Origin: the human T2T-CHM13v2.0 reference genome, Homo sapiens
DNA length: 64,000 nucleotides
Assembly: GCF_009914755.1 (NCBI RefSeq)
Contig: NC_060929.1
Reading direction: 5' to 3' (one strand)
Below are positions 14,461 to 29,000 of this stretch, piece by piece. The position numbers were made by a program, and so were the translations under genes. Under the pieces are notes generated by a model. The model made no database searches. It worked only from the letters and a program-made list of their open reading frames with translations, and was not told the origin of the DNA. Each line of letters starts with the position of its first letter. The stretch's first letter is position 1.

Positions 14461-15094
14461 CTGGCAGCAAGGAGATGGGCTGCAGAAGTAGAGATGTAGC
14501 ATTCTACTTGTTCAACAAAGCCTGTCTCAGAAGTCATACTTGAAAAATGGTACATATTTATTGAGAACTTAGTGTGTTCTCAACATTAAATGAAGTCAAA
14601 GAGATGTCATCAAAGGCCTTTGGTGAATGCTACTGGAGAGAAGTAACCAGAGAAGCCTAGAGCCATCTGAGGGGCGAGTGCAAACAATAAACGCTCTGTG
14701 AACCCAAGAAGGAGAGGTGAATGCAGCATATGGAAATGGTAGGCACTTCTTGGAGGTTTTCTTTTCCTTCTGTTTATCTTTCTGATCTTAAAATTCCATT
14801 TGACTCTTCAAGCTGTAGTTTTAACAAATATTAATGAAATGCATTTTGCAGAAGCAATGACTTATCTAGACCGCTATTAAGAGCAGACAAACAAAGCTCC
14901 TGTTCCTTTACACTATTGTGTAAATATGGAACTTTCTTTGAAGTGTGTAACAAAGTCATTTTATAATCTATAATACCTAAAATATTTTGTGACGTACCGT
15001 GTTAGCAAAACAAATCTTTAAAAAAAAATAGCCGCACACTATTTAAAGTAGATTGGTTTGTTTAACAACTGGCTTAGATACCAGGAGAAAGTGT

Positions 15095-15540
15095 GTGAAA
15101 TAGTAAAGAACTGGCCACAACCCAAAAGTCCATGGGCACAAGAATGGATAAATAATAATGGTATATTCAAACAACATGATGCAGCATTAACAGTGAACTC
15201 ATGCTTCATGTTGAGTGAAAAAAGCAAGTTGGAAAAATATACCATATGTGATTCCATTTATGCAAAGTGCAAAGCCATGCAAAACTAAGCAATGCATTAT
15301 TTAGGAATTTAGAGGTATATGATAAAACATGGGAATAAAAACCACAAAATTCAGGATAGCGGCTATGTAGGGAGGGCAACAACCACAATAGGGTTAAGGA
15401 AGGATCACTGAGGGGTTAAAAAAGTCCTGAAAGTGAAATTTTCTATTACTTAATCTAGTGATAGGAAATATACGTTTGCTTTCATGTTGTTTCTTATATC
15501 TTATGCATATGTTTTAAAATATTATTTTGCATATATATTT
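15095..15540 (+). mobile_element. L1ME-type 3' fragment
   Basis: caacccaaaagtcca...gaatggataaata...tgttgagtgaaaaaagcaagtt...tgattccatttat. Confidence 0.75.
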
Positions 15541-17784
15541 AATGTTTAATAAGACAAGATTTTAACTGATTTAGGAAGAACTCAGATCTTCACCCAGATA
15601 CATTCATCCTTGTTTCACATTTGTCTATAAATTCCTTTTCTTAAGCTTAAATTTAACATCCTTTCTTGCATTTATTCAATATTTTGGTGAACACAGCCTG
15701 AAGGAAAAGAAAAATAATCCCCCCCTTTGAAAGGGAAAACATCTTAAAACACAAAGTAAATTGTGAATGAAAACATTTTTTCCCTGAGGAGCCATGGGAA
15801 ACTGGAGCGAGAACTCTCCTCTTCTCCTCTTCAACTGAACACACAGTCTATGGTGTCCTGATCTGTTTGACATAGGACACAGCACAGGGTCTGTAAGGAA
15901 CACTGCAGCAACATTCGCGTACAAGGGTATACTTTACAGGAAACCAAGGATTAATTTTCCCAAGGCTCACAGGCAAGTACTTCCAAAAAAGGGAAAAATA
16001 CAACTATTACATATCCGTGCAAATCAAAATTCATAGAACAGTGGCAGGCAGCCAACCCAACTATTTCAGGTCTGCTCTCCCATCTGCTTGGCCTGTTAAC
16101 TGTCGGAAAATACAAGCAAATCGCTTCTTCTGCAACTAATTCTCAATAGGGCTCCTAAAAACCAGACTCCATGATGCAACTTTAATAAGACAGAACAGCT
16201 TATTATGATCAATAGAGCAAAGCCTTCCAGCAGTTGCAAAGCCAAAAGCTAGCTCAAATGCCTCTTTGGTGGACACAGAGCACGAACACCACCCTTGCCC
16301 AGCACTGCAGAAGGCCCCGAGCCAGAAACACTCAGACACCAGGAAGCAGCTCTCAGTCCTTATTCCTCTCTGCAGATGAACCCAAAGGCGTTCTCATCCT
16401 GCTAGATTTTATTAGCCCCAATATATGGTAATTAATTTACTGCAGGCTCTTAATTCATAAATGGATCAAATAAAGCCTTACATGGCTTTTGGCAGCCAAC
16501 CCTTACTAAATTATGGTGACTAGAAGTTTGTTCAAATGCTGCCCGTAAGTCAGCCCCTTCAGCTTGTAAAGTTCAATTAGAGAGTTCTTAGCTTATTGTG
16601 TGCCTTAAAGCTTCAAAGAAGGCATTATTCATGCCTTTTCCACCACCAAAAAAGGAAAGCTGGCAATGAAGCAATTCCTAGAATGTTGATCCAGGCATTA
16701 CCAAGAAATCTTAAAACTTCAACTCTCAGTACCCAAAGGCCTCCACTTTGGGACAAAAATCCCATCAAATTGTAATAGACTAAAATTAATCTAATTAACT
16801 ATGGAAATCCACATAATAATGAAATGGCTGACCAAGAATGCACAAATAGAACCACCTGGCAGAGTTTCTTTTTCTACATTCCCCTTCTAAGTGCCACTGA
16901 TAGGTTCCTGTAAATGTAGTCTAAACAGACGGGGGACTTAACCGGAGGCCAGAAAAGGACAACTTGGAACTGCCATTCCCACCACAATGGGCTGCCATTC
17001 CGTTCCCATGCTCACATCTAGACTGGCAGGCAAAGCCAGGGGTGTCACTTGCCAAAGGTTTGAGTCTGGCTAGCATTTTCTGAGGGTGCGTGTTAGTTGA
17101 TGTGTGTTTCCTTTGTATGCTGTCTACTTCTGCCAGGGCTGATGACAGCTCTGCCCAGGGCCCATGAGCCAAAAGCTTTCCCTCTGATTCTTCCTTTCCC
17201 AACAGGTAAGTGACTGGACTCTAGTGCTCCTTCCTGTGGGCTGTTCTGTGGTTGCCCTCAGATATGAAAAAAGATTGGTGTATTTTCCCAAGAGTACACC
17301 ATTAAGTCAGAAAAGTCCTGGGCAACAAATCTCCAGGTCTGTCTGCAAAAAGAAGAATTTGGTCCTGCCAGTTCAGTAAACACCCCGGCCTTTCTTATTG
17401 CCGTGCAGCAGACTTACATGAAGGAGCAAGAAAACAATTCCACTGTGAGCTACTGCCGGGGAAGCCAAGGCTCTAAATCTCCTTGAAGTTGAAAACAAAT
17501 TAGCAGCTTTGCCTGCATCAAGCTGGCCATCTGAAAGGAGGCTTCTTTTCACTCCAGCATTACAAACTGTGCTCCTCGAAGATAACACTTTTAAGGATAT
17601 AAAAACGTTTCCTTCAGTTTACTGCCTGTCACCTATTTACTCAACTGGCAGAACAGCACGGACTCCATGCAACAAGCTCCCTCTGGGTGCCTGTGTAGGA
17701 CTTGAGCAACATGGGAGGGAGCGGGGACAGAAGTGGGAAGATTGTTTTCAGTCAGGTTGAAGTCAAGTCATGAGTTCACTTGAC

Positions 17785-17915
17785 TTCTCCTTCCTTCCCT
17801 TCCCTTCCTTCCTTCCTTCCCTCCCTCCTTCCTTCTTTCCTTTCTTCCTTCCTTCTTTTCCTCCCTCCCTCCCTCCTTCCTTCCTTCCTTCCTTCCTTCT
17901 GTCCTTCCTTCCTTC
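17785..17915. repeat. (TTCC/CTCC)n polypyrimidine tract
   Basis: About 130 bp of nearly pure C/T. Confidence 0.95.
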
Positions 17916-18005
17916 AGACAACACATATTTATTGGTAACAGCCAATGTGCTGGGCACCGGGGCTACATACATGGACAAGAGAGAGAAAAATCCCTGCCTC
18001 AGAGT
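17913..18005 (-). mobile_element. L2 3' end
   Basis: caacacatatttattgg...atgtgctgggcaccggggctaca...ggacaagaga...aatccctgcc. Confidence 0.65.
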
Positions 18006-19610
18006 AAGATATCAATGTGATATTTAAAATCACCTTTTACAGTCTCCACTCAAGGAAGGCAAGCAAGTACCTGTTATTATTCTGAAGTAGGTAGACTAAA
18101 GGAAAAAGCACCTTTCTAGGCTGAGAAGAAAAACTTGAAAATACAGGTGACTGAATGTGCTTTGGTTAAGATAGCAGAGTGCTTTGGAGCTCTGGGGAAT
18201 ACACCCTGCCCCGTGGCTTGGTGTTACCACAGAACATAGCAGTGTACCTTGGTTTTAAGGAGGTGTCTTCCATGCATCTGTCCCTTGTAGAAGGAAAGTG
18301 CTTATGAGATCTGTCTTTTCCTAGGACTTTGATTCTTAGAAGTGCAGATATTAAAGGGCTGGTCAACATTGAAAGAATTTGTGAAAAACCAGCTTGGCGA
18401 ACAGCTCATGTTGATAAGTAAAGATAAAAACAGAGCTCAAGCCCAACATAATGATCTGGCAAGGACCTATAAGGGAGGGAGGTAGGGCTGGGTTAGGGGG
18501 ACTCTGGCCATTCATATGCTGCTGTTTTAAGTCCCAAGCTTATAGTCTTCTGAAAACCAAGCATCGCTGAAGCCACATTTGAAAAAAAAATAGGCCAAGC
18601 AAACCACAATAATGATAAATTAAATGACTAGATCTCCGTAGAAGGATAATTATGATGGCACATTCCATATTGACTGAAATTATCTCTATTTCAGGTCATG
18701 GAATAAATAACAGCTATGAAGAAATTACAACAAAGAAATGTAAAGCTCTAAAAATTTTCTTATTTGTAAAATGGGGATATTATGGCCACAAAAAAAAAAA
18801 AGGAAGATTTAAGTCATAGTTTATAAAGTTTATATAATGAAGAGTGAATCCTTCACTCTCTTTTTTTCCAAAATTGGCACCAAGAAAGTTGGCTGCCAGC
18901 TGATCAGTGAAGCCTTTTCGGGGAAAACTGATAAAAGCAAGAGAAAAGGAATATGGGAATTGCAACTCTACAGAAATAATTGATCCAGGTCTGCCTATAC
19001 CATCAACCAGTTCTACTGAAGCATGTAGAATTTCAAACTAGCTTCTCAGCGCACCACTCATAGAAGCAGACAGCCAACAGTCATAGGCATTTGAGGAAAG
19101 TCTCCAACAAAAAATACACATGACAAATCACACACATAAACAAAAAAGAAACTTAGACGAATTAAAAGCAATGCTGACAATAAAAAGAAGAAATTAGAAA
19201 AGCTAATTAAATATCTTCAGAGAAATGAGGAGATGCTTCATTCATGAAACTAGAATAGAAGGCTTTTTAAGAGAGCAATGCCAATAACCAAAATAGAAAA
19301 TAAAAAGCGCTTAGAAATTAAAAACTACATGAGGGAAATGAAAAAGCAAAGATAAATTTGAAAAACTCTCCAGGCAGAAAATACAAAACGCATATAAACC
19401 AGAGTTTTGAAAAAGAAGGAGAAAGATCAGAAAAGAAGATTGGTAGAGGAGGTTCAACTTCTACATAAAATGAGTTCCAGAAAGAGAGAGCATGGAAATG
19501 GAAATTAATCCTTTCTAAAGAAATACATCTATAAAATTTCCAAAACTGCAGGACTTGAGTTTTCAACAAGAGGACCAAGCTCAGAACAACAGATTAAAAA
19601 AAGAATCCCA

Positions 19611-19922
19611 GGCCAGGTGCGGTGGCTCACGCCTGTAATCCCAACACTTTGGGAGGCCAAGGCGGGCACATCACTTGAGGTCAGGAGTTTGAGACCAGCC
19701 TGGTCAACATGGTGAAACCCCGTCTCTAATAAAAATACAAAAAAAAGTTAGCTGGGCGTGATGGTGGGAGCCTGTAATCCCAGCTACTCAAGAGGCTGAG
19801 GCAGGAGAATCACTTGAACTAAGGAGGCGAAGGTTTCAGTGAGCTGAGATTGTGCCACTGCACTCCAGCCTGGGTGACAGAGCGAGACTCCATCTCAAAA
19901 AATAGAAAAGAAAAGAAAAAAA
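19611..19922 (+). mobile_element. AluSx-like, full length
   Basis: Dimeric Alu; flanking duplication aaaaaagaatcc(c/t)a. Confidence 0.96.
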
Positions 19923-19924
19923 GA

Positions 19925-20194
19925 ATCCTAGCAACTCCGGAGGCTGAGCTGGGAGCATCACTTGAGGCCAGGAGTTCAAGACTACCTTTAAACTCCTAGG
20001 AAGATCCCATCTCTACAAAAAATAGAAAGAAAAAAAATTGGCCTAGCATGTTGGCACATGACTGTTAAGTCCCACCTATTTGAAAGCCTGAGGCAGGACG
20101 ATCCCTTGAGCCTGGGAATTTGTGGCTGTAGTGTACTAGGACCATGCTACTCACTCTAGCCTAGGTGAAGGAACAAGTCCCTGACTCTAAAAAA
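19925..20194 (+). mobile_element. Degenerate 5'-truncated AluJ
   Basis: atcacttgaggccaggagttcaagac...cccatctctacaaaaa...ctctagcctaggtga. Confidence 0.85.
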
Positions 20195-20508
20195 GGACTC
20201 ATGCTAAAGGATGGCATTGACATATGTCAGAATACTGGAAACAAAGAAAAGATGAAAGTTTCTGGGGTGGAGCAATAGGTATCAAATACAAGATCTGAAA
20301 TCAGGAAGGACATTGGACTCCTCGGAGACAACACTGGGGAGCTCAAAGCAAAGGAGCATAATCTCCAGAAGTCTGAAGAAAAATGATTTTCAACCAAGTC
20401 TTCATGTGACCCCATTATCAATCAAGCATGAGGGTAGACAGAAGACATTTTTACGCGTTACATTTTTTAAGCATCTGAGCTTTCAAAATGTTGACTTCCC
20501 ATGAATGC

Positions 20509-20963
<455 letters not shown>

Positions 20964-21268
20964 TAGCTATGAATAATGCCTAAGCAATCAGTCCAGATTG
21001 GAGAAGGTCAGAAAACTCTGGGAGAGACTATCCCAAAAGATAAAACATATAGAACTTATACTTGGTGTATTTCAATACACCCAGAAGCAATTTATAATTC
21101 TGGCATGACAGTTGATGGTGAATCAGTGTGGATGCACAGAACACTAAGCAAACAAAAAAATAAGTTATTAACTTGTGGAAAAGAGTTGGATTAGAAAAGG
21201 TAATCATAGAACATGACTGTGCTGTAGTCATAATGTAAAAACTGAATATTGGCCTAACCATAATTACT

Positions 21269-21825
21269 TGTGGTGGGCAGCCTCATAATTACTTGTGATG
21301 GCCCCTAATGACCACTGCCTCTTGGCATTCACACTCTTGTGTGATGCCCTCCCCTGAGTGTGGGCTGAACTTACTTATAACGAACAGAAGTAATGAGCTA
21401 TCATTTCTAACATTAAGTTATTCCAAGACTATGAATTCCATTTTGGGTGCTCTGTCTCTCTCTCTCTCTCTCTCTCTCCCCCTCTCTATCTGATCTTGCT
21501 GGGAAGCAAGCTGCCATGTTGTGAGCAGTCCTATGGAGAGGCCCACATGGCATAGCAAGTCAAATTGCCCCGTGAGGAATTAAAGCCTGCCAAAAACCAT
21601 GTAAGGAAGCTTAGAAGTGGCTCCTTCATCTCCACTGGATGGGGTCTTCAGCTGACAGTAGCACCTGCCTACAGCCTGATTGAAACCTTCTGAGACAACC
21701 TGAGCCAGAGGCACCAGCTAAGTTGCTCCCAGATTCCTGACCCATGGAAACTGTGGGATATGTTTGTTGTTTTTAAGGTACTATCATCTAGAATAATGTG
21801 CTACATAGCAATGAAGAGCTCATAA
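21269..21825 (+). mobile_element. MLT1F-like ERVL-MaLR solo LTR
   Basis: tgtggtgggcagcc...gaagcaagctgccatgttgtgagcag.cctatggagaggcccacatggca...ccagctaagttgctcccagattcctgacccatggaaactgtg. Confidence 0.85.
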
Positions 21826-22635
21826 CTCATAATTATATTGGAAGTATGGGTGGTGGTAAAATATATTTGTGTTGGGGGAAAGGGTGAGTAAGGGAGCTAA
21901 ATCATCACCTTCCATAATAAAAAGTTACTATAAAATACCTAAAACTGAAAAATAAATCAAGAAATATCCACATAAACATGTGTTTTCAAAATATAGAGGA
22001 AAATGCCAGTTCAAAGAGTTTAGTGAGTTGCTTCCGGAAAGTAGAAATTGGGTGAAGGGAAAGGTGAAATATGAAACTACTGTTCTTTGTTATGGGCCTT
22101 GTAGAGCTATGTGGCTGTTTAAACTATATAAACATATAACCTGAATAAAAGTTAAAAAGAAAATTCAACTACATTTATGTGTTAACTCTCGTGCATCCAA
22201 TAAATTCTGTATTTCACAGTGGTCTTTTGAGCATTCTAAGGAATCTTAATACAAGGTATATATAAGTAGCACTAGAAGTCACTGGATCTGGTACAGGCAC
22301 GTTAGACCAGGGGTTCCAAAACCTGCTAATGAAACTGGTAAGACTCTACCACTTAGGAATCTTATCAGATAATGTCTTTAATGGGTTCATTCTTCTTTGG
22401 AGTGTATCAGAGCATAAAATAAATGTCAGTCTACTCAAACCAGACCCTGCTTTACCTACAGAAGTGCTACTAGTTTAATAAATGATGTGAGTAAACAGAG
22501 TCCTAGAAACAGATCTATTTTTGGAGACTCAAGTCATGGCTACTCATTCAACAGGACTTTGCACTATGGCTAATGCCATCAGGGCTGACTATTTGCTAAT
22601 AATTTTGTTTAGAATTCTTTAAGTCTGAAACGATG

Positions 22636-22734
22636 CTGGCATGAAGAGCACCTTAAGATCTTTACCACTCCTTTGCTACCTGATTCTGCCATGAAGAACA
22701 CTCTAATATCTTAACACTCCTTTGCTACCTGAAT
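22636..22734. repeat. Two-copy tandem duplication, ~50-bp unit
   Basis: ctggcatgaagagcaccttaagatctttaccactcctttgctacctga / ctgccatgaagaacactctaatatcttaacactcctttgctacctga. Confidence 0.85.
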
Positions 22735-25700
22735 TTCAGGTATCTTCAAGAGATTATTATGTACTCCAACCTCCACCCCTTCACTGTACACATGAGGAAA
22801 GTGAAGCCAGAGCCAAGAAAACACAGCCAGAGGGTACGAAAAGGGAGGTTGCAGCCCTGTTCTCTTGACACCTGATCCAGTGCTTTCTTCCAGGGTTCTT
22901 CTTTTCCCTTATAACTTATCAATCTTACCCATAAGTCCTAAGGCATTTCTGAACTACATCATATTTAGGTTATATAAAATGCATTAGTTTTCACAGTGGA
23001 TGGGGGATAATGTCACCAAAAGGAGAGGACGCAACAGCAGGAATACTCTGAAAGAACTTCGTTAGGTCATCATATGTACATATATTTTTATAACAAATGG
23101 GCGTAGTGGGAAGTGAGAGTTCCCAACAGAAGCTCACCACTTAGTTTTCCTTTTCCTTTTAACTGGTCTCCCTTTTCCCTTCTTTTAAAACCAGTACACT
23201 ATAGTAACCTCAAAGTTACAGCAATCACGCCATTTTGTTTTAATTCGGTTTTTCTCATGGTTTAGCTACAGGTCTTTTCTCAAAAACAGTTTGTCCAATA
23301 GTAGTCATAACTGAAATACCAAGAACTGTTGAGGATTCTGCAACAATACATTTTTTAAATCTGCTAAGTGGATAGCTGCTAGACTATTGCAGCCAAAGAA
23401 TAAAGAATTTTTAAGCAAAATATTACAGATGCTTCTTGATTTATACAATCATGCCCTTTCAGAGGATCTTAATAAACACAGTATTTTGTATGAAATATAA
23501 ATGCACTTTTTGCTTAGTTGTCATGAGGTATTATAAAGGCAAGTAACTTCTCACATGCTTTTGAAGTCACACACTATCAACTCCAAATACTTTTCACTAT
23601 TCATGTATCCAAAAAAGAAGTTCATACGTAATAGAATTAAGGCTTTGGCTGCCTTCAAGTGAGTTTAATGTTTTCATTTTGGGCTCTAATCAATCTTATT
23701 ATGCCTACCAACTGGCCTGGCACTCTTGCTACACTTTTGTTGCTTTTCATTAATGATCGGAATGAAATAAACGGGGGAATGACATAAAACACTGAACCAT
23801 AGCAAGTTGTAGTGCCAGAATTCACAGAGCGAAAGAACAACACAAAATTAGGCTCCCTGACAATCCCCTAATATTCTTCTGTAAACACCAGACTATTCTT
23901 TTTACTTTCCAAAATACACAAACAATTTACCCCAAGGAATGCATGAAGTGACAGTTGCATACCCACTGGTAGAGTATCTGCATCTCCCTTGGGTAAAGTG
24001 TAGTGTAAAGCCTGACTCTCCTGATCAGGCGTAGTCAGGGTAGAGTCAAATCTAGAGGAAAAAAAAAAAAAACAACAACAGCAACTTATCAACAGACCCC
24101 AGGGGATCTGACTTAGCTGCCAGCCTGATTCTCCAGAGGAGGAACTCAGTACGCGGCCAGCCCACCTGATCCTGAAACCTTGAGGTGGGTATATGTGGTT
24201 AGAACAACTAGATCCCTCCCAAGCCATCACTAGAGCCACAGACCTCTGTGCTGTTAATTCTCCTTTGGACTCTGCCTTGATTTCTATGCAAGTCATAGAT
24301 TCCCCCATACTTCATTTTCCTCACTGTGAGAAAATATAGATGGTGATGCTAAATCACAGCCTCAAATACTTAACAGTCACACTCAACATATGATGTGCTT
24401 TGTTGAAATTCCATACTTGGAAATGTGCTACTTGCAAGAAACTGCAAGCTAAGGAGGACTGGTATGGCTGATGATATTTATTTTAAGAAGACTTTTAATT
24501 CAAATCCCAAATATAAAGGGAGATTTCCTAGAGGGTGTATACTTCAGGGATTCTCTAGTAACTGGGAAATTTAAGGTAATGCTCTCCTTCTGAATCGTGG
24601 AAGATTAATGTGCAACCAATATAATTTTAAGTAGCTCACTCTATTCTGCTTCTTTAAAGCTGACCCTCCATTTCCTTAATCCCATTAGATTCTCTGTCCC
24701 TGTGAATGGGATAATGCCCTTCGGTCACCCTATCAGGCAGGAGTCTACGAAGAGACAAGTTCAACATGGTGCTACTGCTTTGCCATGAAGATTGTCCTGG
24801 TTCCTGGTCTATGGCCTCCTAATGTGTCTGCCCTTGAGTATTCAGACTTTTTGAACTGAAAGTGACTCTCACACACTTGCTTACTGCAGCCAGCTTCAAG
24901 AGGGAGCCAAGCCAATGCCCCAGTCCCAGTTGTGGCTCTTCTGTGTTTCTGGTACCCAGCCACACATGTTTGTCTGGACAATAAATAATTTTATATGTGC
25001 ACTGTGTGCACTGTCTGGAACTGGCTGGCTTTTTGTATTCTGAAAAGTGACTAGGTCTTCTCATGAAGCTGAGGAAAACAGTGGAAAGCAGCTTTTGCAG
25101 GTTCTCTTTAAACAAGTTGGCCTCTGCTGCTGCTCAAGTGAAATAAGACACATTAAATGTTCTCAGTCAGCTCTGTCAACTTGAGTTACTTCAAAAGTTG
25201 TCTGTCAACATGGATATGAGGAAGACATCCACAAGACAGTATACAAACTGTGCAAAGGTACAAGTAAGTCCTCGAAGAGCTGGCAGGATCAAAACTGCCC
25301 ACTGGGCCAGGAGAATACAAGGCATTGACTCTCTGAGGCACAGGAAGTGGTGGGCAATTTTTTTTCCTTGTTATGAAATATATAGTTGGAAACTACACTT
25401 GGGGTGTTTTTGTAAAAATATTTGGTGAATATCAAATTTTAAAAACATTTCACTTAATAAGCTGAATTAAGTTTCCACATTTCAGTCAAAACCTCAAACG
25501 GACAAGCAAATGTGTATTTATTTCCCTCACAGCATATTTTTTAAATAGCTAGTTATATTCATACACACGTAAACAGACTCAAAACTAGGAAAGACTAATA
25601 ATATTAGATAAAACTAGAAATCCAGAAAGAACATACTTCCCACAGTCATTTTCTTTGGATGGTCTGTATCTCAGTTTTTCCATAAGAATAATGGGCCTAA

Positions 25701-27557
25701 TTATGGGACTCATCTCCGTAAATGAGAAAATGCTAACTAGATGGTGTTGACAGAGCAACAGAAGGTTCTCCAGGCAAAAGTGTTTAATTGTTCAGATGCA
25801 CCAAATGTGTCTTGTGTCACATAAAGGAAACAGCCACATTTCTGACACCCAAGGACTCAAATACTGTGAAAGAGTCTCAAATATATATATTGAAGACTTA
25901 AATATGAATGAATATCTATGGGTATAATGTGTATGTATATAATAAATGCTCAATTTACTATTCAATTCCAAGAAATTATCAAATGAGCAGTAAGCACCTT
26001 GCCTGCCTCACAGCACTTTTTTAACCTTCTTAGGTCTCCTGACTGGGTTATGTCAGACTTCGCTAGATACCCTGCAATTGTGCCCACGAGCCGAATTCCC
26101 CTTACTTTCTTTGTTGAGGACAGCTTTTGAAAATCCATGATATGACTTCTGTCATATTATAGTTCATTTTTCTTTTGCCAGGAAAATACCAGCCAAACTT
26201 ATTTGAGATCAGAAAGGCCCCAGAAGGGCATATAGGAATGCTTTCGTAGATACTACTTTTAAAAACTACCTTGATGGTTCTTCCTCCTGCTGTAGTTATA
26301 TACAGAAGAAGACAAGGGAAAAGAGACTACAAGAGGAAATAAAAGTAGCAGGGGGCAGGACAGCACTTGGGCATGCCAGGGAAAACTGCACACTGCATGC
26401 ATCAAGTGACACATTATATATTATAAACAAATCATGAGACGCAAAATGCTTTCTAGAAAATCCTGTCCTTCATCCTTCTTTATTCTGAAAAAGCAGAATC
26501 CCAAAGAAAAATGTTTGCAGAGACAGCAACAAAAGTAAATCAGATTCCTTCCAGTTCAGAATGGATGTTTGACAGACTAATTTTCTCCCTTGAGTGTTTG
26601 AATTCTTCATATTTAAAAGTATCTTTTAACTTCCTTCACTTGGGAGAAAAAGAGCTGTAAGAGTCATTCTAGACACAAGCAGAAGTTAAATCCCAACCTT
26701 TCTGTCATCCAGAGCAAAGCCCTCCATTGAGGCAGAGCCCAGCCGTGTGGTCTCTTGGGAGCATCACTTGCCCGCTTGCTTCCTCCTGCTGAACAATTTT
26801 GATTTTTACTATAAGGAGAAAGTCTCGTTCCCTTTCTACCTAGGGTAGGACCCTGGATATGAACATTGAGAGCTATACATTTGACTTACAACTTCATCCC
26901 TTTGTCATCAAAATGTCAGCAAGTCCAAAGTTGGAAAGAATAACTGAGATGGGCACTCTCATCCAGGAAATATAAACTGGTACAACTCTTAGGGGAAGCA
27001 GTTAGGCAATATGTGTTTCTACTACATTAGAAATGTTTGTATACTTCAACTCAGCAATTCAGTTTCCTGAAAATTGATCCCAGCATACAAATTCCAAATT
27101 CATAAAACAAAACAAAAAAACTTCATACACAAAGATATACTATGTAATCCTATTTATATTTATCTAAGAAGTTGAAAGCAATGTAAATATCCATTGTTAA
27201 TGGAATTTAAATTAAATTAATCTTTGGTGTGTCCATTCCATGGAATATTTGATATTTTAAAAAATGCTTCCTAGAAAGTGTTTTCATAACATCAGAAATG
27301 CTTGTGTTTTAATGTTAAGATTAAAAGAAGGCAATATTTAAAAGTGTATCTACCTAGAACTACTAAGAAATTATAGCAAGGATGCAGGATATAAGGTTAA
27401 TATACAAAAAGTCAATCAATTTCCTATACACCAATAATAAGTAGAATTTGAAATTAAAAACACAATAATATTTACATTAGCAATGAAAAAGGTGAAATAC
27501 TTAGGTAGTATAAATGTAAAAGAAATACGTATAAGATGTATATGAGAAAAGCTAAAG

Positions 27558-27921
27558 ACCAGGCATACTGGGTCATGCCCAAAATCCAGTGCTTTGAGAG
27601 GCCAAGATGGGAGGATCACTTGAGCCCAAGAGTTCAAGGTTACAGTGATACGCTTGTGATGTGCTTGATATGATTGTACTACTGCACTCCAGTTTGGGCA
27701 ACTGAGCAAGACCCTGTCTCTAAAATAAATTTTTTTTAATTAGCCAGGTGTGGTGGTACACACCACCTGTAGTCCCAGCTACTCAGGAGGCTGAGAAGGG
27801 AGTATAGCTTCAGTCAAAAAGTTCAAACCTGCAATGTGCTATGATCACACCACTGCAATCCAGCATAGGTGACAGAGTTTAAGACCAGAGTAAGACCCTG
27901 TCCCTCAAAAAAAAAAAAAAA
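27558..27921 (+). mobile_element. Atypical AluJ-age dimer (FAM/FRAM-like monomer + right arm)
   Basis: Both halves contain gcagtg...actgcactccag...accctgtc-like right-arm sequence. Confidence 0.8.
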
Positions 27922-29000
27922 GAGAGAGAGAGAGAAAGAACTGAAGAACTAGTTTCCAAAATATTCAAAGACCTTTTCAAATTCAATAATAAGAAAACAA
28001 CTCTGTAAGAAAAATGGGCCAAAAACCTTAACAGTCAGCTCATCAAAAAAGATATACAGATGGCTGGTAAGTACCAGCAAAGAGGCTCCACATCATAAAT
28101 TGTCAAGAAAGTTCACATTAAAACAATGAGATACCACTACACACCTATTAGAATGGTCAAAATCCACAACACTGACAACACCAAATGAACTCTCATTCAT
28201 TTCTGGTGGGAATGCCAAACAGTATTGCCACTTTTCCAAAAAACAGTCTGGCAGGTTCTTACAAAACTAAACATACTCTTACCAGATGATCCTGCAATTG
28301 CACTCCCTGGTATTTACCCAAAGCAGTTAAAAACTTTATGTCCACACAAAAACCTACAAATGGATGTTTATAGCAGCTTTATTAATAATTGCCAACCTTG
28401 GAAGTTACCAAGATGTCTTTCAGGAGTGAATGGACAAATAAACCATGATACATCCAGACTCAATGAAATAATATTCAGTACTCCCAAGCATTGAGTTATT
28501 GAGCCACAAGAAGACATGGAAGAAACTTAAATGCATATTGCTAAGTAAAAGAAGCCAATCTGAAAAAGGCTACAGACAGTATGATTCCAACAATATGTCA
28601 TCTTTAGAAAGAGCAAAACAATGGAGACAATAAAAAGATCAGTAGTTGCTAGGGATGGGGGAAGGAGAGATGAGTAAGTGGAGCACAGAAGATTTTTAGG
28701 GCAGTGCAAATACTCTGTATGAAACTACATAGTGAATACAGCTTATTATACATTTATCTAAACTCACTGATTGTATCACACCATGGGCAAACCCTAATAT
28801 AAACTAGGAGCTTTGGGTGATGGTGTGTCAATTAGATTCACCAATTGTAACACATGTACCACTCTGGTGGGGAATGTTGATAATGGAGAGGCTATGCATG
28901 TGTAGGGGCAAGGGATATATGGGAAATTTTTGTACCTTCTTCTCGATTTTTCTGTGAACCTAAAACTGCTCTTACAAAACAGCCTTTTAAAAAAGTGTAT

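Noticed and set aside
17763-18027. Low-complexity ORFs (RKEGRKEG / LPSFLPS), and the VCVCVC/HTHT ORFs elsewhere
   Set aside because: Microsatellite translations.
23868-24308. 146-aa minus-strand ORF
   Set aside because: No recognisable domain, crosses a homopolymer run and starts in MIR-like sequence; the length is compatible with chance.
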